Positions 1-9,294 of a stretch of DNA of 47,877 nt are shown here, one piece after another. Both the position numbers and the translations under genes were made by a program. Source of the DNA: an uncultured Gammaproteobacteria bacterium (GTDB taxonomy: Bacteria; Patescibacteriota; Patescibacteriia; Patescibacteriales; UBA12465). The notes below the pieces were generated by a model that was not told the DNA's origin, searched no databases, and was given only the letters and a program-made list of their open reading frames with translations. The stretch is from contig CAZMNE010000001.1 of assembly GCA_964567645.1 (NCBI GenBank), forward strand, positions 1 to 47,877, written 5' to 3'. Position 1 is the stretch's first letter. Each line of letters opens with the position of its first letter.

Positions 1-58
1 TGGATTATTTAATAAATAATGGTTTAATTTCCAAAACAATGTGGACTAATACAATAGT

Positions 59-86
59 TTGAATTTTTTAAAAAATAAGGTATAAT
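59..86 (+). promoter_or_regulatory. candidate sigma70-type promoter for leuS (TTGAAT-16 nt-TATAAT)
   Basis: TTGAAT at 59-64, 16-nt spacer, TATAAT at 81-86, about 27 nt upstream of the leuS ATG. Hexamer-like strings are common in AT-rich DNA. Confidence 0.35.
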
Positions 87-112
87 AACGTGGTAATAAT
101 TCAAGTGAAAAT

Positions 113-2572
113 ATGAATAATGATATAGAAAAAAAAGAGATTTCTCACTTTGATTTTGAAAAAAAATGGGAGAAAAAATGGAGAAATTCTGGATTATATA
201 AAACTCCAGAGATTGCAGATTTTAATAAAAAATTTTATTGCTTAGATATGTTTCCTTATCCTTCGGGGTCAGGACTTCATGTTGGTCATGTTGAGGGATA
301 TACTGCCTCTGATATCTTGAGTCGATACAAAAGAATGAAGGGTTTTCAGGTTATTCATCCAATGGGATGGGATGCCTTTGGATTGCCGGCAGAAAATTAT
401 GCTATCAAAACTGGGGTTCATCCGGAAAAGACTACTGATGAGGCTATAAAAAATTTTATCACTCAAATTGATTCTGTTGGTTTGTCGTATGATTGGAATT
501 TAGAAATTCAAACTAGTAAACCGGAATACTATAAATGGACCCAGTGGTTTTTTCTTTTATTATATAAAAATGGTTTGGCCTATAAGAGGAGGGCTAAAGT
601 TAATTGGTGTGATAAATGTTTTACTGTTTTGGCCAATGAGCAATCAGAGGGAGGGGTGTGTGAGAGATGTGGCAGTCAAGTTATTCAAAAAGATTTAGAG
701 CAGTGGTTTTTTAAGATTACTGATTTTATAGAAGATCAAGAATATCAAGGAAAAAAAATAAAAGGATTATTAAATGGATTAAATGATATTGATTGGCCAG
801 AATCAACAAAACTGGCTCAATCTAATTGGATTGGAAAAAGTTCTGGAGCTAAGGTTATTTTTAAAATTAAAGATGAATCTAATAATAATCATAATTTAGA
901 GGTCTTTACTACCCGACCAGATACTTTATTTGGTTGTACTTATGTAGCTATAAATCCAGAGCATGAAATACTGACAAAATTTAAAGATTGTATTGAAAAT
1001 ATTTTAGATATCAATAAATATGCTGAAGAAGTTAAAACAAAAACCGAAATAGAAAGGACTAATTTAAGCAAAGAAAAGACGGGGTTAGAAATTAAAGGAT
1101 TAAAAGCGATTAATCCAGTCAATGGAAAAGAAATAAAAATATTTGTAGCTGATTATGTTTTATCTACTTATGGTTCTGGAGCAGTTATGGCCGTGCCGGC
1201 TCATGATGAAAGAGATTTCGAGTTTGCCAAAAAATATAATTTAGAAATAATTGAGGTAGTTAGCGGAGGTGATATTTTAAGTGAAGCTTATACAGGTGAT
1301 GGAAAATTAATTAATTCTGATTTTTTAAGTGGCTTATCAGTCTCAGAGGCTAAAGTAAAAATTATTCAATGGTTAGAAGAAAATAATTTAGGGCAAGAAT
1401 CAATTAATTATCGTTTACGTGATTGGTTAATTTCTCGTCAAAGATATTGGGGAGCTCCTATTCCTATAATTTATTGTGATAAGTGTGGCGAGGTTCCGGT
1501 TCCAGAAGAAAATTTGCCAGTTATCCTTCCTGTAGATGTAAATTTTAGACCAACAGGAGAGTCTCCTTTGTCAGACTCAAAAACTTTTCATGAAGTGACT
1601 TGTCCAAAATGTGGATCTAAGGCTAGAAGAGAAAATGATACCATGGACACCTTTGTTTGCTCTTCTTGGTATTATTTTAGATACTTTGATTCTAAAAATA
1701 ATCAAGAATTTTCCAATAAAGAAAAGATCAACAATATTATGCCCGTAGATATATATATTGGTGGGGCTGAACACTCTGTTATGCACCTTCTTTATGCTCG
1801 ATTCTTTACTAAAGTATTGCAGAAATATGGATATATTAATATTAATGAACCTTTTAAAAAATTGAGACACCAAGGCATTATTTTAGCTGAAGATGGTAAT
1901 AAAATGAGCAAGTCTAAAGGCAATATTGTTAATCCTGATGATGTAATTCTGGAGTATGGAGCAGATTCTCTTAGAATGTATGAGATGTTCATGGGCTCTT
2001 TTCATGATTCCAAGCCTTGGAATACTAAAAATATTGCTGGAGTTAGAAGATTTTTAGATAGAGTAGAAACTTTGGCAGAAAAAATATCAATTGAGAAGGA
2101 TTTTTTAGATGACAATTCTTTAATTTTAGAATTAAATAAGTCTATAAAAAAAGTTGAGGAAGATATTGAAGATTTAAAATTTAATACTGCCATTTCTCAA
2201 TTAATGATTCTAGTTAATATTTTTTCTCAATTAGAAAATTTTTCTAAAAAATCTTTTGAAAAATTTTTATTAATATTAGCTCCTTTTGCACCATTTTTAA
2301 CCGAAGAATTATGGGAAAAAATTGGAAATAATTTTTCTATTCATCAGCAAAAATGGCCTTCCTATGATGAGGCTTTATTATCTACTGAAAAAATTTCTTT
2401 AGCAGTACAGTTCAATGGTAAAACCAGGGGAGTCATTGAAATAGATAGAGATTTGCCAGAAGGAGATGTTATTAATTTAATAAAAAATGATCAGAAATTA
2501 AAATCATACCTAACATCTAATCTAAAAAAAATTATCTATATTAAAAATAAAATTATAAATATTATAATCTAA
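113..2572 (+). CDS. leuS: leucyl-tRNA synthetase
   Basis: 819 aa. Class I HIGH motif (PYPSGSGLHVGHVEGY), KMSKS motif (GNKMSKSKGN), CP1 editing-domain-like region, bacterial LeuRS length. Confidence 0.95.
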   Translation: MNNDIEKKEISHFDFEKKWEKKWRNSGLYKTPEIADFNKKFYCLDMFPYPSGSGLHVGHVEGYTASDILSRYKRMKGFQVIHPMGWDAFGLPAENYAIKTGVHPEKTTDEAIKNFITQIDSVGLSYDWNLEIQTSKPEYYKWTQWFFLLLYKNGLAYKRRAKVNWCDKCFTVLANEQSEGGVCERCGSQVIQKDLEQWFFKITDFIEDQEYQGKKIKGLLNGLNDIDWPESTKLAQSNWIGKSSGAKVIFKIKDESNNNHNLEVFTTRPDTLFGCTYVAINPEHEILTKFKDCIENILDINKYAEEVKTKTEIERTNLSKEKTGLEIKGLKAINPVNGKEIKIFVADYVLSTYGSGAVMAVPAHDERDFEFAKKYNLEIIEVVSGGDILSEAYTGDGKLINSDFLSGLSVSEAKVKIIQWLEENNLGQESINYRLRDWLISRQRYWGAPIPIIYCDKCGEVPVPEENLPVILPVDVNFRPTGESPLSDSKTFHEVTCPKCGSKARRENDTMDTFVCSSWYYFRYFDSKNNQEFSNKEKINNIMPVDIYIGGAEHSVMHLLYARFFTKVLQKYGYININEPFKKLRHQGIILAEDGNKMSKSKGNIVNPDDVILEYGADSLRMYEMFMGSFHDSKPWNTKNIAGVRRFLDRVETLAEKISIEKDFLDDNSLILELNKSIKKVEEDIEDLKFNTAISQLMILVNIFSQLENFSKKSFEKFLLILAPFAPFLTEELWEKIGNNFSIHQQKWPSYDEALLSTEKISLAVQFNGKTRGVIEIDRDLPEGDVINLIKNDQKLKSYLTSNLKKIIYIKNKIINIII

Positions 2573-2589
2573 TAATTAATTTAAAAATT

Positions 2590-3345
2590 ATGAGCGGTGT
2601 TATTATTTTATTAGCTTTTATATTAATTTTCTTCTTTGCGTCTTTGAAGCAAATTAATCAATATGAAAGAGGTGTTAAGTTCACTATGGGAAGATATTCT
2701 GAGATCATGAATCCTGGTTGGAGATTTTTGTGGCCAGTTTTTCAAACTTTTAAAAAAATTGATATTAGAGTAAAGGCGGTTGATGTTCCAGATCAAAGAG
2801 CTATTACTCGAGATAATGTCCCAGTAACTGTTAATGCTGTTTTGTATTATAAAATTTCTGATGCTGCTAAAGCGGTTATTGAAGTAGAGAATTTTTATTA
2901 TGCTGTTAGTCAATATGCCCAAACTACTATGAGAAATATAGTTGGAGAAATAACCTTAGATGAGCTTTTAGCAGAAAGAGATAAGATTGCTGAAAGAATT
3001 AGAGAAATTGTTGATAAAGAAACTGATGAATGGGGTTTAAAGGTTAATAATGTAGAATTAAAAGACGTAGTTTTGCCAGAATCAATGGAAAGAACTATTG
3101 CCAAACAAGCTGAAGCTGAAAGAGAAAAAAGAGCTGTTATTATTAATTCTCAGGGAGAGCTAGCGGCGGCTGAAAATCTATCTAAGGCGGCTGAAACTTT
3201 AGCTGCTTCAAATGGAGCTCTTCATCTAAGAACTCTACAATCTATTAATGACATTTCTTCTGATCAATCTAATACCATAGTTTTTGTAACCCCAATTGAA
3301 ACTTTAAAAGCTTTTGAAGGCTTTGCCAAGAAGGGTAATAATTAG
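2590..3345 (+). CDS. SPFH/band-7 (stomatin/prohibitin-like) membrane protein
   Basis: N-terminal TM helix, then a typical SPFH core (RDNVPVTVNAVLYYKI...VELKDVVLPESM) and an Ala/Glu-rich coiled-coil tail (AKQAEAEREKRA). Confidence 0.85.
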   Translation: MSGVIILLAFILIFFFASLKQINQYERGVKFTMGRYSEIMNPGWRFLWPVFQTFKKIDIRVKAVDVPDQRAITRDNVPVTVNAVLYYKISDAAKAVIEVENFYYAVSQYAQTTMRNIVGEITLDELLAERDKIAERIREIVDKETDEWGLKVNNVELKDVVLPESMERTIAKQAEAEREKRAVIINSQGELAAAENLSKAAETLAASNGALHLRTLQSINDISSDQSNTIVFVTPIETLKAFEGFAKKGNN

Positions 3346-3365
3346 ATAAAAAATAAATAGTAAAT

Positions 3366-4916
3366 ATGGCGGTTCTATATCAAAAATATCGTCCTCAAAA
3401 TTTTTCTGAAATAGTTGGACAAAATAATATTAAAACTACTTTGCAAAATGAAATTTTACATAATAAAGTTTCTCATGCTTATTTGTTTTGTGGTCCCAGG
3501 GCGGTTGGAAAAACTACTCTGGCTAGAGTTTTAGCTAAATCTATAAATTGTCAAAATAGATCCAAGGATAGTTTTGAGCCTTGCAACGAATGTGATAGCT
3601 GCTTAAGTATTAGTAATTTTAGTAATTTAGATGTTATTGAAATTGATGCCGCTAGCAATACGGGCGTTGATAATGTTAGGGATAATATCATTGCCTTAAG
3701 TCGAGTAAAATCATCAAATAATAATTTTAAAGTTTTTATTATCGATGAGGTCCATATGCTTTCTTTGTCAGCTTTTAATGCTCTGCTTAAAACCTTAGAA
3801 GAGCCTCCTAAAAATGTTATTTTTATATTATGCACTACTGAAATATATAAGGTTCCAGCTACTATTATATCTCGTTGTGAAAGATTTGATTTTAAAAGAA
3901 TTAGTCTTAATGACATGGTTACAAAATTAGATTATATTATTAAAAATGAGAGCTTGGAGGTTGATAGAGAGGTTTTAGAATTAATAGCCTTAAAGTCAGG
4001 TGGTCATTTGCGTGATGCTGAAAGCTTACTTAGTCAAATTATTGCCATCAGTGGAGATAAAATTAATTTAGATAGTGCTAATTTAATCATTCCTTATAAC
4101 AATATTGAAGAAAATATTAATTTTTTAGAGGCCCTCAGTCGAAAGGATGTTTCTTTGGCTATTAAAATGATAAATGATATTTCTGGTAGTGGCGTTAATT
4201 TAAAAAATTTTCTCAATGATTTAATAGAGCTCCTTAGAAAAATGATTTTAAATAAAGTTAGCGATTCTTTATCAAGTAATTTAGGCTTAGATTTGAATGA
4301 AAAATTAGAAATTAAAATTAATAATGTTAATAAAAACTTTTCCCTAGAGGATTTAGTTAATATCACTGAAGAGTTATTAATAGCCTTAAAGGAGTTGCCC
4401 AATTCTTTTATTCCCCAGATGCCAATAGAATTAGCTATCATCAATATTTCCTATATTAATACTCTATCTTCTTTGGAAGCAATTAAAAATATCTCTGGTT
4501 CTGATGTTAAAAAAATATCCAACATTGAAGATAGTTCTATTAGAAAAGAAAAAGTATCTAAAAAAAATATTTCTGGGATTAACTTAGATGAAATAGAAAA
4601 TCGTTGGCCAGAATTTTTAAACAAATTAAAGCCTTTAAATCATTCTTTGTCCTTTGTCTTGCAGTCTTGTAACATAGATGGAGTTGATGGTAAAAAAATC
4701 TGTCTTTCTTTTAAGTACAAGTTTCACAAAGATCGATTAGATAGTCCAGAAATTAAAAAAATAATTGAGGGTGTTTTAAAGGATGTTTATAAAAATGATT
4801 TAAGTATCGAAGCTTTAGTAAATGAAAGTATGGAAATAAAAAAAGATAATAATAAGGATAGCGGGGAAGTGGTTGATAACTTATTAAAAACTTTCGGCGG
4901 TCAAATTATAAATTAA
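3366..4916 (+). CDS. dnaX: DNA polymerase III subunit gamma/tau
   Basis: YRPQNFSEIVGQ start, Walker A GPRAVGKTT, Cys cluster CQN..CNECDSC, Walker B IIDEVHML, sensor motif SRC. 516 aa. Confidence 0.9.
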   Translation: MAVLYQKYRPQNFSEIVGQNNIKTTLQNEILHNKVSHAYLFCGPRAVGKTTLARVLAKSINCQNRSKDSFEPCNECDSCLSISNFSNLDVIEIDAASNTGVDNVRDNIIALSRVKSSNNNFKVFIIDEVHMLSLSAFNALLKTLEEPPKNVIFILCTTEIYKVPATIISRCERFDFKRISLNDMVTKLDYIIKNESLEVDREVLELIALKSGGHLRDAESLLSQIIAISGDKINLDSANLIIPYNNIEENINFLEALSRKDVSLAIKMINDISGSGVNLKNFLNDLIELLRKMILNKVSDSLSSNLGLDLNEKLEIKINNVNKNFSLEDLVNITEELLIALKELPNSFIPQMPIELAIINISYINTLSSLEAIKNISGSDVKKISNIEDSSIRKEKVSKKNISGINLDEIENRWPEFLNKLKPLNHSLSFVLQSCNIDGVDGKKICLSFKYKFHKDRLDSPEIKKIIEGVLKDVYKNDLSIEALVNESMEIKKDNNKDSGEVVDNLLKTFGGQIIN

Positions 4917-4926
4917 AAATAAAAAT

Positions 4927-6192
4927 ATGCTAGACATAAAAAAAATTAGAGAGAATAAAAATGAAGTTGAAAAATCTTTAAGGAAAAGAATGGGGGATAA
5001 AGTTGTTTTAAATTTAGATTTAATTATTTCACTAGATGATGATCGAAAAAAAATTATTCCCAAGCTAGAAGGTTTACAGGCCGAAAAAAATCAATTATCA
5101 AAAGTTAAACCTGACGAAGAAACTATTAAAAAAATAAAAGAAAATAATATTAACATTAAAAAGCTGGAAGAAAAGTTAACTGAAATTGAAAATAGATTAA
5201 AAGAGGAATTATCTTCCTTGCCAAATTTAGTAGCTGATGATGTGGTCTCCGGAGGAAAAGAAAACAACAAGGTTGTTTATGCCTTTAAGGAGAGGCCAAG
5301 TTTTGATTTTGAGCCCAAAAATCATGTTGATTTAGCCGAAGACTTAGATATTATAGATTACAAAAGAGCGGCTAAAATGTCAGGGGCTGGTTTTTGGATA
5401 TATAAAGGTGACGGCGCTTTATTGGAATGGGCCTTATTAAATTATTTTATAAATTTTCATATAAAAAATGGTTATACTTTTTTAATTCCACCTTTTTTAT
5501 TAAATGAAGCTTCGGCTTATGCCTCTGGTCATTTACCAAAATTTGGTGAAGATCTTTTTTGGTTAAAAGATGAGAAAATGTGTTTAAATGCTACTGCTGA
5601 AATGATGTTAGGTAATTATCATCGAGATGAAATTCTTAGGGAAAATGATTTGCCTTTTAAATATATTGGGTACTCGGCTTGTTTTCGTCGAGAGGCTGGT
5701 AGTTATCGTCAAGAAGAAAGGGGTATGATTCGTGGACATCAATTTAATAAAATTGAAATGTTTCAATATACGAAGCCAGAAGATTCTTGGAAAACCTTTG
5801 ACGAAATGAAACAACAGGCTTCTGAATTGTTACAAGGGCTTGATTTACATTTTCAAATTAGCAACCTAGCCGCTGGAGATTGTTCTTCGGCTATGGCTAA
5901 AACAGTCGATTTGGAGGTTTATATTCCAAGTATGGGTATTTATAAAGAAGTTAGTTCCGTCTCTAATGCTTTGGATTACCAAGCTCGTCGGGGGAATATT
6001 AGGGTTAAGAATAGTGATGGAAAAAATTATTTTCCCCATACTTTAAATGCCTCCGGTATGGCTACTTCTCGCTTAATCCCAGCTATATTAGAACAGAATC
6101 AACAGGCTGATGGCAGTATTATAGTTCCGGAAGTTTTAAGGACCTTTATGCCTGGCAATCTTTCCATAATTAAGAAAAAAAATAATGACTAG
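4927..6192 (+). CDS. serS: seryl-tRNA synthetase
   Basis: N-terminal coiled-coil arm plus class II motifs (ACFRREAGS..RGMIRGHQFNKIEMF, NASGMATSR). 421 aa. Confidence 0.93.
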   Translation: MLDIKKIRENKNEVEKSLRKRMGDKVVLNLDLIISLDDDRKKIIPKLEGLQAEKNQLSKVKPDEETIKKIKENNINIKKLEEKLTEIENRLKEELSSLPNLVADDVVSGGKENNKVVYAFKERPSFDFEPKNHVDLAEDLDIIDYKRAAKMSGAGFWIYKGDGALLEWALLNYFINFHIKNGYTFLIPPFLLNEASAYASGHLPKFGEDLFWLKDEKMCLNATAEMMLGNYHRDEILRENDLPFKYIGYSACFRREAGSYRQEERGMIRGHQFNKIEMFQYTKPEDSWKTFDEMKQQASELLQGLDLHFQISNLAAGDCSSAMAKTVDLEVYIPSMGIYKEVSSVSNALDYQARRGNIRVKNSDGKNYFPHTLNASGMATSRLIPAILEQNQQADGSIIVPEVLRTFMPGNLSIIKKKNND

Positions 6193-7120
6193 AATTATTT
6201 TAATTATTTTTTATTATAGTTTTTATTTATTGTTTCCTTTTTTAGGTTTTTTATTTTGGAAATTATTTCAAAATAAAAAAACGTCAATAGAAATTATTAT
6301 TTTAATTATAATTTCTTTATTTTTAATTTGGTCTAGATTTATTGAGCCTAGTTATTTAAATGTAAAAAAATATGATCTTAGTGTTAAAGAGAAAGAATTA
6401 TTATCAAAGGAATTAAAATTGGTGATAATTTCTGATTTACATCTAGGAGCCTATAATAATAATTTTTTTCTTAAAAGAGCGGTAAAGAAAATTAATAAAA
6501 TAAATCCTGATATTGTTATTATCCCCGGTGATTTTAGTTATTACTTAAATGATAAAAATATTTATTCTATATTTTTAGAATTAAAAAATATTAAGGCTAT
6601 CAAATTGGCAGTTTTAGGTAACCATGATTATGGGAAAGGAGAAAAAGATATTTCTCAGAAATTAACTTCAAATCTGGAGATGCTGGGAGTTTTAATGTTA
6701 GATAATAAAATTAAAACTATTGAAATCAATAACTCTATTATTAGATTGGTTGGACTAGAAGATATTTGGGTTGGTTCACCAGATTATAGTGTTTTAGAAA
6801 AAAATGATTTTAATGAACAAATAGACCTGTCTCTTTTAATTGCTCACAATCCTGATACTATTTATGATATTAAAGATTATTGCTCTGAAAATAAAAATTG
6901 TTTTCATTCTGACTTAATGATATCGGGGCATACTCACGCTGGCCAAATTAGGCTTCCTTGGCTTTATAAGCACATTATTCCTAGCGCCTATGGATTTAAT
7001 AAGGGATTTTATAATATTTTTGAAACTAATATTTTTGTTACCCCTGGAATAGGCAATGTTGTTTTACCGTTAAGATTATTTAATTTCCCAGAAATATCAA
7101 TAATAAACTTAAAATATTAA
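6185..7120 (+). CDS. membrane-anchored metallophosphoesterase (calcineurin-like)
   Basis: Two N-terminal TM helices. Motifs ISDLHLG, PGDFS, LGNHDY, ISGHTHAGQ. Overlaps the serS stop by 8 nt. Confidence 0.8.
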   Translation: MTRIILIIFYYSFYLLFPFLGFLFWKLFQNKKTSIEIIILIIISLFLIWSRFIEPSYLNVKKYDLSVKEKELLSKELKLVIISDLHLGAYNNNFFLKRAVKKINKINPDIVIIPGDFSYYLNDKNIYSIFLELKNIKAIKLAVLGNHDYGKGEKDISQKLTSNLEMLGVLMLDNKIKTIEINNSIIRLVGLEDIWVGSPDYSVLEKNDFNEQIDLSLLIAHNPDTIYDIKDYCSENKNCFHSDLMISGHTHAGQIRLPWLYKHIIPSAYGFNKGFYNIFETNIFVTPGIGNVVLPLRLFNFPEISIINLKY

Positions 7121-7191
7121 TTTAATATTGCCAAATTTGTCTTTTTGTGTTACATTATTCTAATATAATCAATCAATTTTATTGCTTAAAA

Positions 7192-9246
7192 ATGACTATT
7201 TTTTTTAAAAAATTTATCCCATTAGCCCTATTAATAGTCTTTTTTTTGCTACCAGAAAAGTCTTCAGCCATTAATGCAACTAATATTTACCCTAAAACTG
7301 CTAATTACTTTTTAAAATGGAATATTGCGGATTATGAGGTCCCAGAGCTAGCTAAATGGGATCTTTTAATTTTAGATATGGAGGTTCAAGAAAATAGTCG
7401 AAATAATTTAAAAAAAATTAGACAATTAAACCCAAATATCATAATTTTAGCTTATATTACTTCTCAGGAAGCTAATGCTAATATTTATTCAAATCAGTGG
7501 AGTCAATATGCCACTTTAAGAAAAAGATTGATAAACAATATTGATGATGGCTGGTGGCTTAAAGACAAAAACGGAAATAGAGCTAGTTTTTGGGAAGGAA
7601 CTTATTTATTAAATGTTAGTGATGGGGCTAAAACTAATTCTAAGGGGCAAAGATGGAATGATTATTTACCAGAATTTGTAAAAAATGAAATACTTTCTAC
7701 GGGGTTATGGGATGGAATTTTTTATGATAATATTTGGGGGGATGTTTGTTGGGTTAATGGAAATTTAGATATAAATAACGAAGGTCAAATTAGATCTATA
7801 TCTTATATTAATAATAGCTGGTCGGATGGAGTAAAAAAAATGCTCAAAAAAACTAGAGACTTGGTTGGAAATAATTATTTAATTTTAGGCAATGGCAAGG
7901 TTTATGATGGATATCAGAATCTTTTAAATGGAGTAATGTTTGAAGGTTTTCCATCTTCTTGGGAAAGTAACGGAGATTGGGGGGGGACAATTTCAACCTA
8001 TTCTCGTATAAAAAATAGTAATAACAGCCCCAATATCACTGTTATTAATTCTTATAATAATAATCGACAAAATTATCAATTAATGAGATTTGGATTGACT
8101 AGTACCTTAATGGAAAGTCATGGATATTTTAGTTTTGATTTTAGTAATTCTGATCATGGCCAAGTTTGGTGGTATGATGAATATGATGTTGATTTGGGTC
8201 GAGCTCAGTCAGCTCCTTATAATATTTTAGATAGAGGTAATACTAGTTATAAAAATGGTCTTTGGCGAAGAGACTTTGAAGAGGGGGTGGCTATCGTTAA
8301 TTCTACCAACAAAGAGCAATTATATGTTTTTAATCAGGAAGAATTTGAAAAAATAAATGGGACTCAAGACCGAAGTGTTAATAATGGAACTATTATAAAT
8401 TATGTCAAAATAAAACCCAACGACGGAATTATTCTGCTAAAAAGATCTTCTAGTTTTGGTACGGTAAAAAATAATAGTTTTAATAATGGTGATTTTATTA
8501 GAGTTTTTGATCAAGATGGCAAACAGACTCGTTCTGGTTTTTTTGCTTATTTAGATGCTTATCCGGCTAACTCTCAAATTTTGATTAGTGACATTGACAA
8601 TGATGGACAAGAGGAGATCTTGGTTAATAGTCGGGGGATTATCTCTATTTATAAAAACAATATTAAAATTAGAGATTTTAAGCCCTATGATGGAAAATTT
8701 ATTGGGGAAATTTCTTTTGCTTTGGAAGATTTAGATGGCGACGGAACTAAGGAAATAATTACCGGGGCCGGACAAGGCGGAGGTCCTCATGTTAGAGTTT
8801 TTAATAAGGATGGCAAACCTTTGATTGGAGGTTTTTTTGCTTATGATAAAAATTTTAGAGGTGGGGTCAGGGTGGCTGTTATGGATTTAGATGGCGACGG
8901 GACTAAGGAAATAATTACAGCTGCCGGAACTGGCGGAGGTCCTCATGTTAGAGTTTTTAATAAGGATGGCAAACCTTTGATTGGAGGTTTTTTTGCTTAT
9001 GATAAAAATTTTAGAGGTGGAGTTTCCTTGGCGATTGGTGATATTGATGGGGACGGACAAAAAGAAATAATAACCACCCCAGGGGTAGGGGGAAGTCCTG
9101 AGGTTAAGATTTTTAATAAAGATGGACGATTTTTAAAATCATTTTTAGCCTATGAATCTAGTTTTACTTCTGGTCTTAGAGTGATGGCTGATGATCTGGA
9201 TAATAATAAGGTAGATGAAATTTTGGTCGGAACAATTAGTTTTTAA
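7192..9246 (+). CDS. secreted protein: glycoside-hydrolase-like TIM-barrel-type N domain plus about 5 C-terminal FG-GAP/Ca-binding repeats
   Basis: The ORF is open from GTG 7147, but ATG 7192 begins a classical signal peptide (MTIFFKKFIPLALLIVFFLLPEKSSA). The C-terminal third has repeated D-x-D-G-D-G-x-K-E-I + FNKDGK + GGFFAY blocks typical of FG-GAP beta-propeller blades. The N-domain assignment is tentative. Confidence 0.7.
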   Translation: MTIFFKKFIPLALLIVFFLLPEKSSAINATNIYPKTANYFLKWNIADYEVPELAKWDLLILDMEVQENSRNNLKKIRQLNPNIIILAYITSQEANANIYSNQWSQYATLRKRLINNIDDGWWLKDKNGNRASFWEGTYLLNVSDGAKTNSKGQRWNDYLPEFVKNEILSTGLWDGIFYDNIWGDVCWVNGNLDINNEGQIRSISYINNSWSDGVKKMLKKTRDLVGNNYLILGNGKVYDGYQNLLNGVMFEGFPSSWESNGDWGGTISTYSRIKNSNNSPNITVINSYNNNRQNYQLMRFGLTSTLMESHGYFSFDFSNSDHGQVWWYDEYDVDLGRAQSAPYNILDRGNTSYKNGLWRRDFEEGVAIVNSTNKEQLYVFNQEEFEKINGTQDRSVNNGTIINYVKIKPNDGIILLKRSSSFGTVKNNSFNNGDFIRVFDQDGKQTRSGFFAYLDAYPANSQILISDIDNDGQEEILVNSRGIISIYKNNIKIRDFKPYDGKFIGEISFALEDLDGDGTKEIITGAGQGGGPHVRVFNKDGKPLIGGFFAYDKNFRGGVRVAVMDLDGDGTKEIITAAGTGGGPHVRVFNKDGKPLIGGFFAYDKNFRGGVSLAIGDIDGDGQKEIITTPGVGGSPEVKIFNKDGRFLKSFLAYESSFTSGLRVMADDLDNNKVDEILVGTISF
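8728..9039 (+). repeat. near-identical 156-bp tandem duplication inside the FG-GAP gene (two 52-aa blades)
   Basis: Copy 1 is 8728-8883 and copy 2 is 8884-9039. An 89-nt block (8776-8864 vs 8932-9020) is identical by direct comparison. Confidence 0.9.
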
Positions 9247-9294
9247 ATTGATTTAAATCATTAAATAAACTATAATATATATAATAATAAAAAT

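Noticed and set aside
1-112. T-box or other riboswitch leaders upstream of leuS, and likewise serS, gltX and metG.
   Set aside because: The available leaders are only about 10-30 nt between the upstream gene or promoter and the start codon, too short for a T-box (about 200 nt). No specifier or antiterminator structure is visible.
269-2193. Five minus-strand ORFs (269-466, 940-1122, 1577-1873, 1792-1992, 2002-2193) inside leuS. Similar antisense ORFs occur inside SPFH, dnaX, serS, alr, xer, pyrG, nusG, rplA, uppP and the ATPase gene.
   Set aside because: All lie antisense to genes with strong conserved motifs. They encode low-complexity I/L/F/S/K-rich peptides and lack promoters of their own. 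They are typical shadow ORFs of AT-rich DNA with few stop codons on the opposite strand.
7147-7191. GTG start at 7147 for the FG-GAP protein.
   Set aside because: The first 15 codons precede a textbook signal peptide that starts at ATG 7192, so the ATG is the more plausible start. This cannot be settled from sequence alone.
8728-9039. Tandem repeat considered as a CRISPR array or non-coding satellite.
   Set aside because: There are only two copies, 156 bp each, with no spacers. They are in frame within a coding sequence and translate to FG-GAP blades.
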